This document shows, one piece after another, positions 51,786 through 64,000 of a DNA stretch of 64,000 bases. The notes under the pieces were generated by a model. It searched no databases. It saw only the letters and a program-made list of their open reading frames with translations, and had not been told where the DNA came from. This stretch comes from Vicugna vicugna (taxonomy: Eukaryota), in NCBI GenBank assembly GCA_013265495.1, contig MU058000.1, positions 1,426,001 to 1,490,000 of the forward strand, in the 5' to 3' direction. Numbering within the stretch: position 1 is the first letter of the stretch; each line of letters opens with the position of its first letter. The translations under genes were made by a program, and so were the position numbers.

Positions 51786-53725
51786 CCAAGTGTCAAAACT
51801 GTTTTTTCCCTGGGGGTAGGGAAAGGTTGTCCTTCCACCAAACAGGATTCATTTTCATGTTATACATAGTAATTTTCCATTGATATCAGTTATCTACAAC
51901 TTGGAGTTGTAAGATAGCTGCCACAGAATGAGGTGACTCTGAAATGGATGTTAGCGATGATGCATGGTTTTCTGTTGAAGCACAACCTTTTCTCTGTATC
52001 TAAGTGCAAATTGGTTTTGTTTGGTTAATCACTTTTAATGTGTCTTGCACTGTTATTTTTATGTATTGACCCATGCCTCTGCATTCAGGATGAATAGACA
52101 GAGAGCATTGCTCTGATAGAGAACAGACCCTATTCTAGAGAAGGTTGTGGCCTTATTCACATCAGAAAGTGAAACCGTGGTTCACAAGCCAGTGCTTGTT
52201 CCACAGTCACAGGCATTTAGGGAAATAGATGTGAATATATTGCAAAATAAGGAAAAAAAAAACAAAATAATTCAATATTGATTTTAAGTCTTTGCTAGTA
52301 GGCCGGACTCAAGCTTGAGTAAGTCCATTTCTTTCTTCACTAAAAAAAATACCCAGGAAGACTCAGGAAGCCTACCCAAGTCCTCTCTACTTACTGTCTG
52401 AACACAAAGTTGTAGCTCACAGCCCTGAGTTGCTCATTGGGCCTTGCTCAGAACAGCTGAAGTTCTCTCACTGCAATGATCATCCCCTGGTGAGTTCTTG
52501 AAAAATATTTTGGAACATGATGTTAGTTCACAGAATTACAGATTTTGAACCTTATGATTTTCTCTTCTTTCAGAAGCACTTCTGTGTGCTAAATGCCAAT
52601 TACATCTCTAACCTCCAGTTTTTTCCAGGCTAGGGAGCTCCTCTCCTAAGCTGTCTCTGTTAACGGCTTTATGTTTACTCTTTAAATTAGTGGTAAAGTG
52701 GGAGGTTATTTCACTGGTTGGAGCTTTGCTCATATATTTTAAGGTATGTCTTCTCATAGCCTTCATTGGGAAATACAGAAAAAAAATTTATGTTTTATAT
52801 TTATCTAAAGATAATGTGTTTACACACATGTGTTTGTGAGTGTGTGTTAGAGGGAGAAAAATAGCTAGACTGTAATTTCCAAGGAAATAGGAGATGCTAC
52901 AAGCAATATGGGTACAATGGCCTTGCTTGCTAATATGTGAGGAAAACTCCCCATGGTTTTAGGAAGGCATTCTTGACACAGAACAAATCTGTGTATAACT
53001 CTCACATTTGAAGATGTGACAATCTTTTTTTTCCTTCCAAAATGTGGGGGATGGGCTCAGGGCTTTTGAAAGATGGCTAATTATTGATATAAAAGTGTGA
53101 TATACTTCTAAGTGTGGAGAAAGTGTTGGTTATAAAGAACAGGGTGATATGGTCTCATTAATGTACTAATATGTGTGCATGAAAAGATCTAGAAGTCTAT
53201 ACATTGCCAAGTTAATAGCTTTTCTGGGTCTGTTGGGATTATGAATGGTTGTAATTTTCTTCCCTTTGCTCAATAATAATGATTTCTAAATGTTCTATGA
53301 TGAACATCTTTTATTTCTTTTTAATAGGAAAGTGAACAGAAAATATCTTTAAGTCTAAATGAAGTGCAGGGAGAATAATTGAGTACGTGTTAGATCACCT
53401 CCCACGGTGGCAAATGTCTTCAGCTATACATAGAAAACAATGAAGTGGGTGGAATTGGGTTATATCTATTCATCCAGCTGCCCTAAAATCAAATTCTCGC
53501 TTTGCTCTGTCACTGAGATCCCTCTAAAGTTAAAACAGAAAGTCAGGGAAATATGTTCTTTATGGCATTGAAAACCTTAAACCCTGTTACATGGCTTTTT
53601 TTTTTCCACTTCAAATCAGGCTGAAAAAATGAACAAAGTGGGTTTATTTCAAGACTACTTGGGCAGCTTCTTGCATGGACTAATCAGTCTGTATTGAGAG
53701 GAGGGGGTAAATTGGCTTAATTTTT

Positions 53726-53933
53726 GTAGTATTTCTCAACTTTAGAACTGTTGACATTTTAGGCCAGATAATTCGTCGTGAAGACTGTTATGCCCAGTAT
53801 AGGATGGTCAGTGTCATTAGTAGGCTCTCCCTACTGGGTGGATGCCAGTAGCAATACTCCAGTTGTGACAACTAAAGGTATCCGGACATTTCCAAATGTT
53901 CCTTGGGACAATATACCCCTTAGTGAGAACCAC
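53726..53933. mobile_element. MER20 hAT-Charlie DNA transposon
   Basis: ttctcaac...tgttgacattttaggccagataatt...gatgccagtagca...gttgtgacaac...tgagaaccac. Confidence 0.85.
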
Positions 53934-53974
53934 AACTTCAATAAACACTTGGCTATAATTTCTATACACCAGGT

Positions 53975-54480
53975 TTTATAAGTTAGGATTATTTTTGGCT
54001 AGTGACAGATTAAACCACAAACAATGATGACTTAAAAGAGATAGACTGTTTCTCCTTTCTTACATAACAGAAGGCAGTTCAGAGCTAGCATGGCAATTCC
54101 ACGGTCATCAGGGACCCAGAATTCTTCAGACTTCTCCTGCATTTGTTACTTTGCCTTCCTTTCTCAAAGTCACCTCATACTTTGAATTGCTTGTGCTCAC
54201 TGGGTGTCCAGAGTCATTTTCCAGACAAGCACCAAGAGGAAAGGCAAACAAGTCTGAGAAGCCTGTTATTTCCTTGTCTTTCAGGGTAATGCCAGGAAGG
54301 CCCCACACACTTCCACTTTCATCTCATTTGCCAGAACTTGCTAGAATTGGCCATACGGCCCCACTTAGCTGCATGGAAGACAGAAATGAGGTCCTGGAGC
54401 TGAGCACATCACCCCCAAATTCCCAAATGGAACTCCCAAACAGGAACGTTAGAAGAAGGGTAAATGGAAGCCAGGGTTAT
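53975..54480 (-). mobile_element. Old MaLR LTR (MLT1J/K-like)
   Basis: ggctagtgacaga...aacaatgatgacttaaa...catcagggacccag...catctcatttgccagaact. Confidence 0.65.
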
Positions 54481-54769
54481 ATCCTCTTAACATTCTGAGT
54501 AATGTCACAGGTGTACTTTCCTAGGAAAACCTTTGATTCCGAATAAAATATTACCAAATTGCTACAGAATATCTGTTACAGAATTAAAAAATTAGAATAG
54601 TGATAATTGAATTGAATTAAAAAGACTCAAGAAAGGCTAGTTTTGCTTTATCTCAGTATTTGAAAACTCTCTAACCATGGAGGGTTTGTTGCTGCCTAGA
54701 CAAGTGCAGTGCAGTGATGGTCGTTTGGTCTCCTTTGATATTTGGCTTGCTTACCAAAGGCTTTCTTCT

Positions 54770-55270
54770 CAGCCTGTTGCTCTTCTGAGACCAGAGCCTG
54801 AGACACAGGCTTCCATGCAGGGGGTTCATTTAGGAAGTCATCTTAGGGAACAAGGACTGAGACAGTAAAACAGGGAAGACAATACAGGGATGTTCTGGAG
54901 CTGATCACTGCTGTGGGTGATTGGTGTCAGACTCTGCAGAACCTCCCAAGGAGTCTTATGAAATGCATTCCAGAACTGTCTACCCGGGAAACAAAAACAC
55001 TTTTCCAGTGGTTCCATTCTCACTAGTCAACAGTAGTTCCAAAGGCACTGACTCACCGTACTCCTAGGCTGCTCACGTATGTGTAGCAGGTGCTTGGCAG
55101 GATTTCTCAATTCCTGAAATCAAAGAAAGTGGGAGTTATAGCTTGTGGGTGGGAAGTACCTCTAGAATGCCTGTAGGAAGCTGATCCTTGGGCAGTGGCT
55201 GGAACAACAGATGGGACACGAGGAAGTAGGAGGCACTTAACCTTTTGATGACCTTCACCATTTAGGAGAA
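54770..55270 (-). mobile_element. ERVL LTR (LTR16-like)
   Basis: cagagcctgagacacagg...catttaggaagtcatcttagg...ttatgaaatgcattccagaactgtc. Confidence 0.6.
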
Positions 55271-56914
55271 CAGATGGAGTTTGGGAGAACACACTTTGAT
55301 TACCACTGCCCTGGAGAGCAGTTATGGGGTGCAGAGTATTAACTTGGAAATAGTATATGGGAGATACAGACATGTGCACATATATACAGATATATATGTA
55401 ACTTCTCATTTTGGGATTAAATAATCTAACTATAATATGTATATTTTTCCAAGCCTATACGCTGGGAGAATAGGAACCATTGTTTATGTTGTACATTTCT
55501 GCATTTGATTCAGTTAGGAAGTAGACAGATATCCCTTAACATCATGAAGGGCATACTCCTCATCAATGAACCTTTGGAGAAAGTTATGTATTAAATACAT
55601 AGTAACTAGAAGAAATTATTGTTGGAGATGTATCCAAACTTCAGGATATTTGAAAAAATGTTGCCAATGCGTACTGTTGGGAATGTATTTATATATATGT
55701 AAATATATAAAAACTGTTAATGACATTTGTATAAAGCTGAATCACTAAAACTCTTGCTTAACAGATCCAGAGGCTAAAATAAGATTTTAATCGTGTGTTA
55801 ACCTTAAGGCTCCCAATGGGTTCTTGAAAAAGTTTAGTACAAACTTCTGACCTTGCCACTTGCATATATTGTTTAAATTTAGCCTAAATTCCAATTAACC
55901 AAATTTTGGGTAGTTTGAGTTCTTGTAACTAAAGACCTCACTGCAATTAGAGTGAATGTAGCTGACTGTCACTGCTTATAGTTCAAAAGGAAACGTAAGA
56001 GTAGGGTTTTACTGAATAGGATTTTTTGAGTTGAAAGTCCTTTAGTTCTTATTAAACTTCCTTGCCCAAATTTTACAGCACAAAAAGCACACAGTTCTCT
56101 AGATGCTTAGAAATGGTTGCCTAGCTCTCTGTGGCTTTCTGGCTTTTAAGAAGTAAACAGTTTGATTTGAACTAAAAGGAAGAGCAGGCACAGAAACACA
56201 GCTGACGCATCAATTCAAAGAGCATAAGTAAATGAACAGAAGAGAGATCACATTTGCTGGAATTCTCACAGTAAATAAATGAGGTGACAGGAGAGGTTTG
56301 CCGGAAAATTGGGCTGAAGAGAACCAGTAGCAAAGCACTTTGCCTTCAATTCATCAAGTATTGAGTCTGCAAATCTGCAAATCTAGTTTCTGTTTACCAT
56401 GTCGTAAATAAGGGAGTTTACCTACACTGTGCCAACAATTGTCTTCCAGCCTGCTGCAGTTACTTCATTGGCATTTGTGAGAAAATCTAAGCTGTAGCAA
56501 TAAAAAAAAGTTAATCTAATCCAGACTATTGGCCTGTGTTCAGTAGTGGTGGGTGGTTAATTCTTCCTGTGTGATCTTCAGTGTTATTTTTCCCCATCAG
56601 GCAGCCCTCAGACATGGAAAGCATAAACAATGCCCTTGGCCTGTCTTTTGGTCTCTGGAGGGAAGAAATTTCTGAGTCTTTCACATTCATAATAAGCAAA
56701 TCCTTAAACTCTCAGGGGCCTCATTGCCTTTGGATCGGGTGACTTCTCCATGTAGGTTAGGATGAAAGATTGGAACAGACTGGAACTCTGTAGAATTTGA
56801 GGAATCTCAGCACATCTTTTACTGGACCTTAATTTATCTCCTTGAAGATAATGCAGAGATACAACTAGGGTCCTTGGCTTCTATTGAATTTGTATTTTTC
56901 TTAAGAAATACTCA

Positions 56915-57270
56915 TCCCTTTTCCCAACCCCAGTGGAAAGACTATACTTACCCTTCCTCTTGATGTTGGGCTTGGCTGTGTGACTCTTTTGATGGGAATG
57001 TTAGAAAATGAGTTGAATTGAGGCTTGTAATACACCTGTAAGTTTGAGCTTGTCCCCTCGTGTTCCTGTCTCTCTCCATGAAAAGAAATGCTGTGGTTAG
57101 TCTTTCATTTTAGTGGCACGAGAAATACCTGTGGAGCTGACCTGAACTGAACCCACATCCTGGAATCAAGCTCAGAGTAAATCAGCAAAACTCTAGCCAG
57201 TCCACAAAGGCAGAATCAACAAATAAATGCTTGTACGTAAACCGGAGATAGTCTGCAATTTTTACACATA
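56915..57270 (+). mobile_element. MaLR LTR (MLT1H/I-like)
   Basis: cttgatgttgggcttggctgtgtgact; ctccatgaaaaga; aaataaatgcttg. Confidence 0.7.
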
Positions 57271-57689
57271 TCTTAGTGGAGGAGTTCAGCTGGATTGTAT
57301 TTAGGGGCTGGGAGCAAAGTAGGGGGTTCCCCTCCCATCTCCAGGTGTTTACTTCCAGGAGTGATACAGTATTGGGAGTTTTGCTTTGTTCTCCTAGAGT
57401 TAAAAGGAGAATTATTTATTTCGGTGGGATGTCGAAAGAACAAAGCAAGTAAGATGTAAGGACATGTTTAGGAAGGAATTTCTAGTATGATTGAAATCTG
57501 GAGTCAGCAATTCTGCAACGGCTGGACCCTGACAGTGCTCATTCCTTCATGGGGTGTAGGGTATATAATGTTATGGATACTGTGTTTGGCTTAGGAGCCT
57601 AATGGTTCTAAATGTCTATAAATAGCTCTTCCTGAGGCATAAATTGCATGTATAAACTCTTCCTGAATAATAATGTAGCTGTTACTTTG

Positions 57690-58456
57690 ATTTTTTTATT
57701 TTTAAATTTGTTGTTATAGCTGATTTACAATCTTGTGTTAATGATGTGAAGCAAAGTGATTCAGTTTTATTATACACACACACATACATATACATATATT
57801 TTTATATATATATATATTCTTACATTATTTTCCATTATGGTTTATTATAGGATTTGAATGTAGTTCCCTGTGCTGTACAATAGAACATTGTTTAATCTAT
57901 TTTTATATATGGTAGTTTGTATCTACTATCCCAAACTCCTAATTTATCTTCCCCTTTGGTAACCATTATATATATATATATTCTTACATTATTTTCCATT
58001 ATGGTTTATTATAGGATTTGAATGTAGTTCCCTGTGCTGTACAATAGAACATTGTTTAATCTATTTTATATATGGTAGTTTGTATCTACTAATCCCAAAC
58101 TCCTAATTTATCCCTCCCCAACCACCTTTTCTCTTTGGTATCCATAAGTTTGTTTTCTATGTCTGAGTCTGTTTCTGTTTTGTAAATAAGTTCATTTGTA
58201 TCCTACTTTAGATTCCACATATAAGTGGTATCATGTGGTATTTGTCTTTCTCTTTCTGACTTCACTTATTATGATAATCTCTAAGTCCACCTATGTTGCC
58301 GCAAATGGTGTTATTTCATTCTTTTTATGGCTGAGTAATATTCCATTGTATGTATATTCCACTCTACTTTATCCATTCGTCAGTGGACATTTAGGTTGCT
58401 TCCACATCTTGGCTATTATAAGTAGTGCTGCTATGAACATTTGGGTGCATTTATAG
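57690..58456 (-). mobile_element. 5'-truncated artiodactyl-type L1 3' end with an internal tandem duplication
   Basis: gatttacaat...caaagtgattcagtt; agattccacatataagtg; gtgctgctatgaacatt; TSD core gtagctgtta (57675-57684, 58457-58466). Confidence 0.9.
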
Positions 58457-58749
58457 GTAGCTGTTATCTTTAAAATGGGCTCTAGCATATAGCACAAAGT
58501 TCATCTTAGATTTGATAAAATCTTAACTGTAGGAATAGTGTCATCATTAAATGTGCCACTTGTCTTCTCTCCCCTAGCCCCTCACCCCACCCAAAAGGAT
58601 CTGAGGATTTAAGAGTAACTCCTATGCAATGTGCAGCTCTGTTCCTACTATATGTGATTACTTACCTTCACTAAGCTTAGGTATCCTTGGCTAAATACAT
58701 TGACAGTTTTTAGTGTAAGTAGTTGTATGGACTCTTCTAACCAATCTAG

Positions 58750-59232
58750 TGACTGAAGGGACTTAACATTCCCCTCAGCTTAACCAGGTTTCTTCCTGAC
58801 TCTACGTCCCTAACTTAACTTTTCTTAGACCATCTACTTTAGAAAACATGTAATTATAAAAAAATTTTTTTCTCTGCCCCATTTGAGATATATATCTTCC
58901 CTTAGCCTCTTACCAGTTTCACAACCATGGGGTGTCTTTCTCAGGGATGTGGGTGCCATCCCTTGAAATATAATTATGAAGAAAATAGTGTCCCTATCTC
59001 CCAATTTCTGCTGGAGGGTAGGAACCTAACTTAGTTACTGCAGATGACCTAATCACATAGACCAGCCTCCTCACTGGTGTCCTCCAGGACTTTCCCACTA
59101 GCTCACTGCAGGGCTTAAGAACCTTCCTGCCTTTTGTTTCACTGAAGTTGAACTCAGTCTTAACCCCCTATTGCAATAGTCTTGAGTAAAGTCTTCTTTG
59201 CCCGTTTAACCAGCCCAGTGAAATTTTTGACG
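58750..59232 (+). mobile_element. ERV1-class solo LTR (MER31/MER34-like)
   Basis: caggtttcttcctgactcta; ctattgcaatagtcttgagtaaagtctt; approximate 4-bp TSD ctag/ccag. Confidence 0.7.
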
Positions 59233-59739
59233 CCAGGGTTAATTTTAAATGTTAGAACACACCACATTACAACAGACTCCTTCTGAGCTGCCATGAGATA
59301 GAGGTTAACTAATGAGAGGTAAAGAAGCTAGAGGAGAGTGATGTTTAGGACAATGGTGTCCTGAAAGGGCTCCGAGAGTAGACATTTACTGGACCTCTTA
59401 AGGGGTGACATTAGATGGAAAGCAAACTTGGTCCTGAGCTCATGTGAGATTTTCCCAACCCTAAGGAGTTGTTGAATTCATGTGGAGGAGACTTTGAGGT
59501 GTTTGTATATAAAGGGGGAGTTAAAGAGTGTTAAAGCCAAGCAGGTGAGTATGCAGAATTTGGTAGGAATTTGAGTAATCATGTTAATGAGGTATCTTTA
59601 CTTCTAGAGAAGATGAGTCTGAGACATCCGTGTTACAACACATTTTCCTTCATTATATACTCGACACATGCATTGAACAACTTCTACAGCAGTGACATCT
59701 ATAATCAAATGTCATTAAATGTTAGAAAAAGGTTAGGTC

Positions 59740-62430
59740 TAACGGATTGTAAACCCTAAGGAATATTAGCTTAAATGAGTAGAATTGATTTTTCTCTCTC
59801 ACATTTATGAAGCCTGGAGGTAAGTAGTCCAGGGCCAGGAGGATGGCTCTGGTCCACAACATTCAGAGCTAGTCTCCTTAAGTTATCACTGTATCACCCC
59901 TAGGACTTGCTCTCTACCTTCATGGTTCAAGTTCACGGTGTCCTTATCCAAGCACACTGGTACAGAAAGGGACAAAAAAGAAGGTGGGAAAGAGTAGTAC
60001 CAGCTGTCTTTTAATGAAAGGTCTCAGATACTGATGCATGAAAATTCCACTTATAGTCCACTGTCTGGAATCTTACCATAGCTGAAAGGGAAGCTAAAAT
60101 ATATTCTGTAGTCTTTAAGTCTCCATTCTAGGCGTATATGTAAGCTTAGCTAAAAAAAATTATTTCAATAGAAGAAAACTTATTGTAATTGTGGGATAAG
60201 TTGGAGTCTGTGACACAATTCATCCCACTGGCCCTGAAATAGCCTTAAAAATCCTTCTTCCTGCTCATCATCTTCCCAAAACAAAGAAACCCTCACTTTG
60301 ATCTTACCACTCATCTCTCTCAAAGTCTGGCGTCTCTGATGTATAACCTTCTTGAGATTATTTAGATATGGCTCTTACTGCTCTTGAAACCAGTGAAAGC
60401 TGTATCTGCCTCCCACACTCATAATACGCCACGGTGGAACAGGGTCAGAAGTACAAGCATAGAAAGTTCCATTCAGAAAAGAGGAGGAATGTCAGACGTT
60501 GCAGTCAGGTCAGTAGGCCATCACAGCAGCTGTTCCTTTTTCTGGGAGTGGATTCCAAAGCCGGTCTGGAAGACCCTCCTTCTGCTTTCTGGAAGGGACC
60601 TTGTGGTCCGTGGCCCTGTCTTTCTGGGAGCCCTTCATTGTGCATCACCCTTCCTGACTACATCTGGGGTGGGCATTAGACATTCTGTCTCTTAGATCTA
60701 CACAGCTTGCAAATCCCGATTCCCGCTTGTGCAGTTTAGAGGGCCCAGGGATGACACTGAGAATGCAACATGTGCAGATTTTTTTGAAGGCCAAACTTGC
60801 AGTTTCCTTGCAAAACACAGTAGGCTTCCAATTTATGTTTCATGTTAACTATAGCCAGGCCACGCCTGTGCATAGCTTTCAAACTAAATTACTTTGGTCT
60901 TTGATGTATTAGTATCTAAGCTTTACCCATTCCCGTGCAACTTCATGTCATTGCTCTTGACGATGCCTGTATTAGTCAGCGTAAGACAGGAATAGACAAC
61001 CCTAAAATCTCAGGTTTGGCAGGAAGCTCTTATCAGTGTAGTCACTCAGGGACCTGAGCCGGCAGAGTTGATTTTTAACACATGCGTCCAGGGTTATCAG
61101 GGGAAAAGGAAGAAAATATACTGAGCACTGGCTGGTTTTAATGATTCTGTCAGAAATGACATACATTAATTCCAGTCGCATCTCACTAGACAAACCAAGT
61201 CATAAGGCCATACCTAACTTCACAAAGAATAGAGAAGGACAAGCCTACTATGCACACATAAGGTGAACGGTGCTAATGACTACCATGTCATCTGCAGTAA
61301 TAAGCTGCATTATTGGTGAGGCAACTTCCTTAATCTGATCTTTATAATTTGGATGGCTTATGTTGTCTGGTAAAGAATTCTTAACAGAAAATGCTTGAAA
61401 ATCTTTGGGCCACAGTTTCATCTTCTGTTCAGAGTACTTCTTCAAGGCATTCTGCTTAAACTGTTTCAGTTTTGGATAGTAAAGAAGTTGACCTCTTGAA
61501 TGTCATGAGAATCCAAATTAGCAGACTCTCAGTTAACTCAGAATTGAGGCCAAATGCAGAAACTGCGTATGATTCCACCTCTTGTTTTGCAGACCAGCTA
61601 GCTCAAGTCGGAGTTCCTGACTCTCACGCATGGAGTTGCTCAAAGTGGCAAAAAGCAGCAAATCCACATCACCATTAGGAATTTTTCCTGTCATTTACTC
61701 TAATGTCACTTTACATTGTTTAAAATTGGTATTGCTTGCAAGTGATGGAAAACACAAATTACAGTGATGCAAACAAGACAGTTATTTTTCTCTTGTACAT
61801 AAATGGAAAACAGATATATAGAGCTTAAGGCTAGTGTCTTAGTCCATTTGGGTGTTATAATGGAATACCATAGATTGGGTGGCTTATAAACAACAAGTTC
61901 ATTTCTTATGGTCCTGGAGGCAGAGAAGTCCAAGATCAAGGCTCCAGAAGGTCTGGTGTCTGGTTAGTTACCGCTTCCTCGTTCACGGATGGCTCTTCCC
62001 TATGTCAGCACGTGGTGGAAGGGAAGTGGGAGCTCTCTGGGATTTCTTCGGGTAAAAGTTGAAGATCTCATTGTTGAAAGCTCTACCCTCATGACCTAAA
62101 CACCCTAGCTTCCAAATACTATGACACTGGGGATTAAGTTTCAACATGTGAATTTTGTAGAAACAAATATTCAGCTAGTATATTTCTGTTCCACAAAGTT
62201 TTCAGGGACATAGATTTCTTCCGGATCTCCACCTTACCTTCCCTAGGTGGCAGTCTTCATATTAAGAGATCAAGATTCTATTATCCACAGGCCAAGTGGC
62301 AAAATGGATGGAGGGGTGAATAAGAAAATATAGACAGTACATGTACTGGTGTCTTGTAAGAAGAGCTCTCAGAAATTGCACATGACATTCTATTTGCACA
62401 TTACTGGACAAAAATTTGTCACAGGCACAG
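59740..62430 (-). mobile_element. Old MaLR proviral remnant (LTR, internal region, LTR) with nested LTRs
   Basis: Two similar MLT1-type LTRs (~59740-60215, ~61720-62430) flank MaLR-internal-like sequence; extra LTRs at ~60965-61300 and 61835-62175. Confidence 0.5.
61835..62175 (-). mobile_element. MaLR LTR (MLT1A-like), nested
   Basis: tgtcttagtccatttggg...gggtggcttataaacaac...aagtccaagatcaagg...ctctaccctcatgacctaa...tttcaacatgtgaatttt. Confidence 0.88.
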
Positions 62431-62799
62431 CCTTTCTCTGCCCATGGATATGTCTAACCAAGCCTTCTGTGACCAAGGAAAATAGTGGCCTCTACCACAG
62501 ATGCTTTGATACTCCTCTGAGGTGGATATTTACCACCATGGTATAGGCAAGGAGACTTAGATTCAGAAACATGCAATTAATCTCCTTAAGGCGACACAGC
62601 TACTGGAGAATTAAAGATACAGTGCAGCCCACCCAGCTCCTCAGCACTGCCCCATTCAAATGCAGTCCTCACGAAACGAGGAGCTCGTGGGATCCCCTTT
62701 AGCACGTTCTCACTGGCTCTGTCTTTGAAGTGTTTTAAAGAGTGGCAGACCAGAAGCCTTCTTTCCCACCTCCACCTTTGACAGCCACCCATTCCTCCT

Positions 62800-63147
62800 G
62801 CTGTGGTCTGAATGTTTATGTTGCCCCCAAATCCCATATGTTAAAACCCTAATCCCTAAAGCTGCTATTTTAGTAAGTGTGGCTTTTGAGAGGTGCTTAA
62901 GTCATGAAGGTGGGACCCTCACAAATGGGTTAGTGCCTTGTGAAAGGCTCCAGAGGCTCCCTAGCCCCCTTCTGCCCGTGAGGGCATCACGAGAAGCCTG
63001 CAGCACAGAAGAGACCCTCACGTGACCTTGCTGGAAACAGGATCCTGGACTTCCCCATCTCCAGCACTGTGAGAAAGGTATGTTTATAAGCTGCTCAGTC
63101 TGGGGGTCTGTGGTATTTTGTTATAGCAGCTTGAACAGACTGAGACA
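62800..63147 (+). mobile_element. MaLR LTR (MLT1A-like)
   Basis: gctgtggtctgaatgtttatg...catgaaggtgggaccctc...gtattttgttatagcagcttgaacagactgagaca. Confidence 0.88.
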
Positions 63148-64000
63148 CCGCCCCACTGACGCTAGAGATCAGCAGAGTGACTGGGGAAAAAAGCCTTCTC
63201 TCTTTTTGAAAAATTGCTTTCTTGTTGTGGTTCCTTAACTGGCAATGGCTCTGGTTGTTTCAGCCTGGGAGGCCTTCTAAGCCGTCATCCTCTATTCAGC
63301 TCGGGTTTCTGCAGCCTAAGTGTTTTATTTCTGTCATAGTCACATGCAATCAGATTCCTTGGTTTCAAGGTCATGGCGGCAAAAAACCTTTTAAAATGTC
63401 CAAATGGCTGGACTCCTTGGCAGGAAGCTCCTGCCGATAGCTTCCAGAATGAATCTGATGTGGAATGTGTGTTTCCCGAAGGTTTTTTTTTTTGATGGCT
63501 GAGTGTTTTCACTGTTGATTTCAAATAAGTACACACTTAATTCAAGAGAATGGGTTAGTCCTTGACTAGAGTGCTAATTGACTTTTTGTATTTTAGTGGT
63601 CAAATATAAGGGCGGAGGACAGGGTGGCTGAGACAGTTAGCTTTTTTATTGTACCCCTGGAATTCTTTCCAATGTCTGTTTAAAATTTAAATTGTTAAAG
63701 GTTCACGCAGATCAAGTTTGTCAATCTAGATCATCTAACTGACTTCCCAGAATCCTAATTTCCAGCTCACTCTTCTGTGAATTTCAAGATTTCACTCAAA
63801 AATACACAATATTTGAGACGACAGAGTGTCAAATGGGTGCTGATCAAATTTAAATTTAAAAAAACCTCATGACATCCACCAAAGAGCACTAATATTTTAT
63901 CCCCAAGCCCTTCGGTCTGATGGTTTGTGTTCCTGTTGTATTTGTCCCTCTCCGGGTGTCTTAAAAGCTGACTAAATCTAGACTGACAGATTTAACATCT

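Noticed and set aside
52574..52743. Candidate plus-strand exon (acceptor ttctcttctttcag, donor AAG|gtatgt)
   Set aside because: Stop codon in the frame needed to extend the chain; could only be non-coding or terminal, with no further support
1..64000. CRISPR array, prokaryotic operon or non-retroviral endogenous viral gene
   Set aside because: No regularly spaced repeats, and no long ORF or peptide resembling viral or prokaryotic proteins; a six-frame TBLASTN against viral proteins would be needed to exclude highly decayed relics

Overview
Repeat-rich, AT-rich mammalian genomic DNA, most likely camelid (Camelus, Vicugna or Lama), judging from three tRNA-Ala-derived SINEs that look like Vic-1. 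A large share of the window is transposon remnants: L1, L2, MIR, many MaLR/ERV LTRs, and Tigger/MER DNA elements. There is no complete protein-coding ORF; the ORF-track entries are L1 ORF2 fragments or chance frames. In the unique DNA I see three short plus-strand segments with good splice signals (6191-6259, 8818-8854, 28756-28805) that join in frame, and one opposite-strand exon-like segment (13236-13664) with a MARE/ARE motif. Together these suggest the interior of a large-intron gene with an antisense or nested transcript, but I cannot name either gene. The best-supported structural observations are a young betaretrovirus-like solo LTR with a perfect 6-bp TSD, a twin-primed (5'-inverted) L1, a ~160-bp tandem duplication inside another L1, and an old two-LTR MaLR remnant. 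I found no convincing novel biological system. Repeat subfamily names come from recalled consensus sequences, and boundaries without a TSD are approximate.
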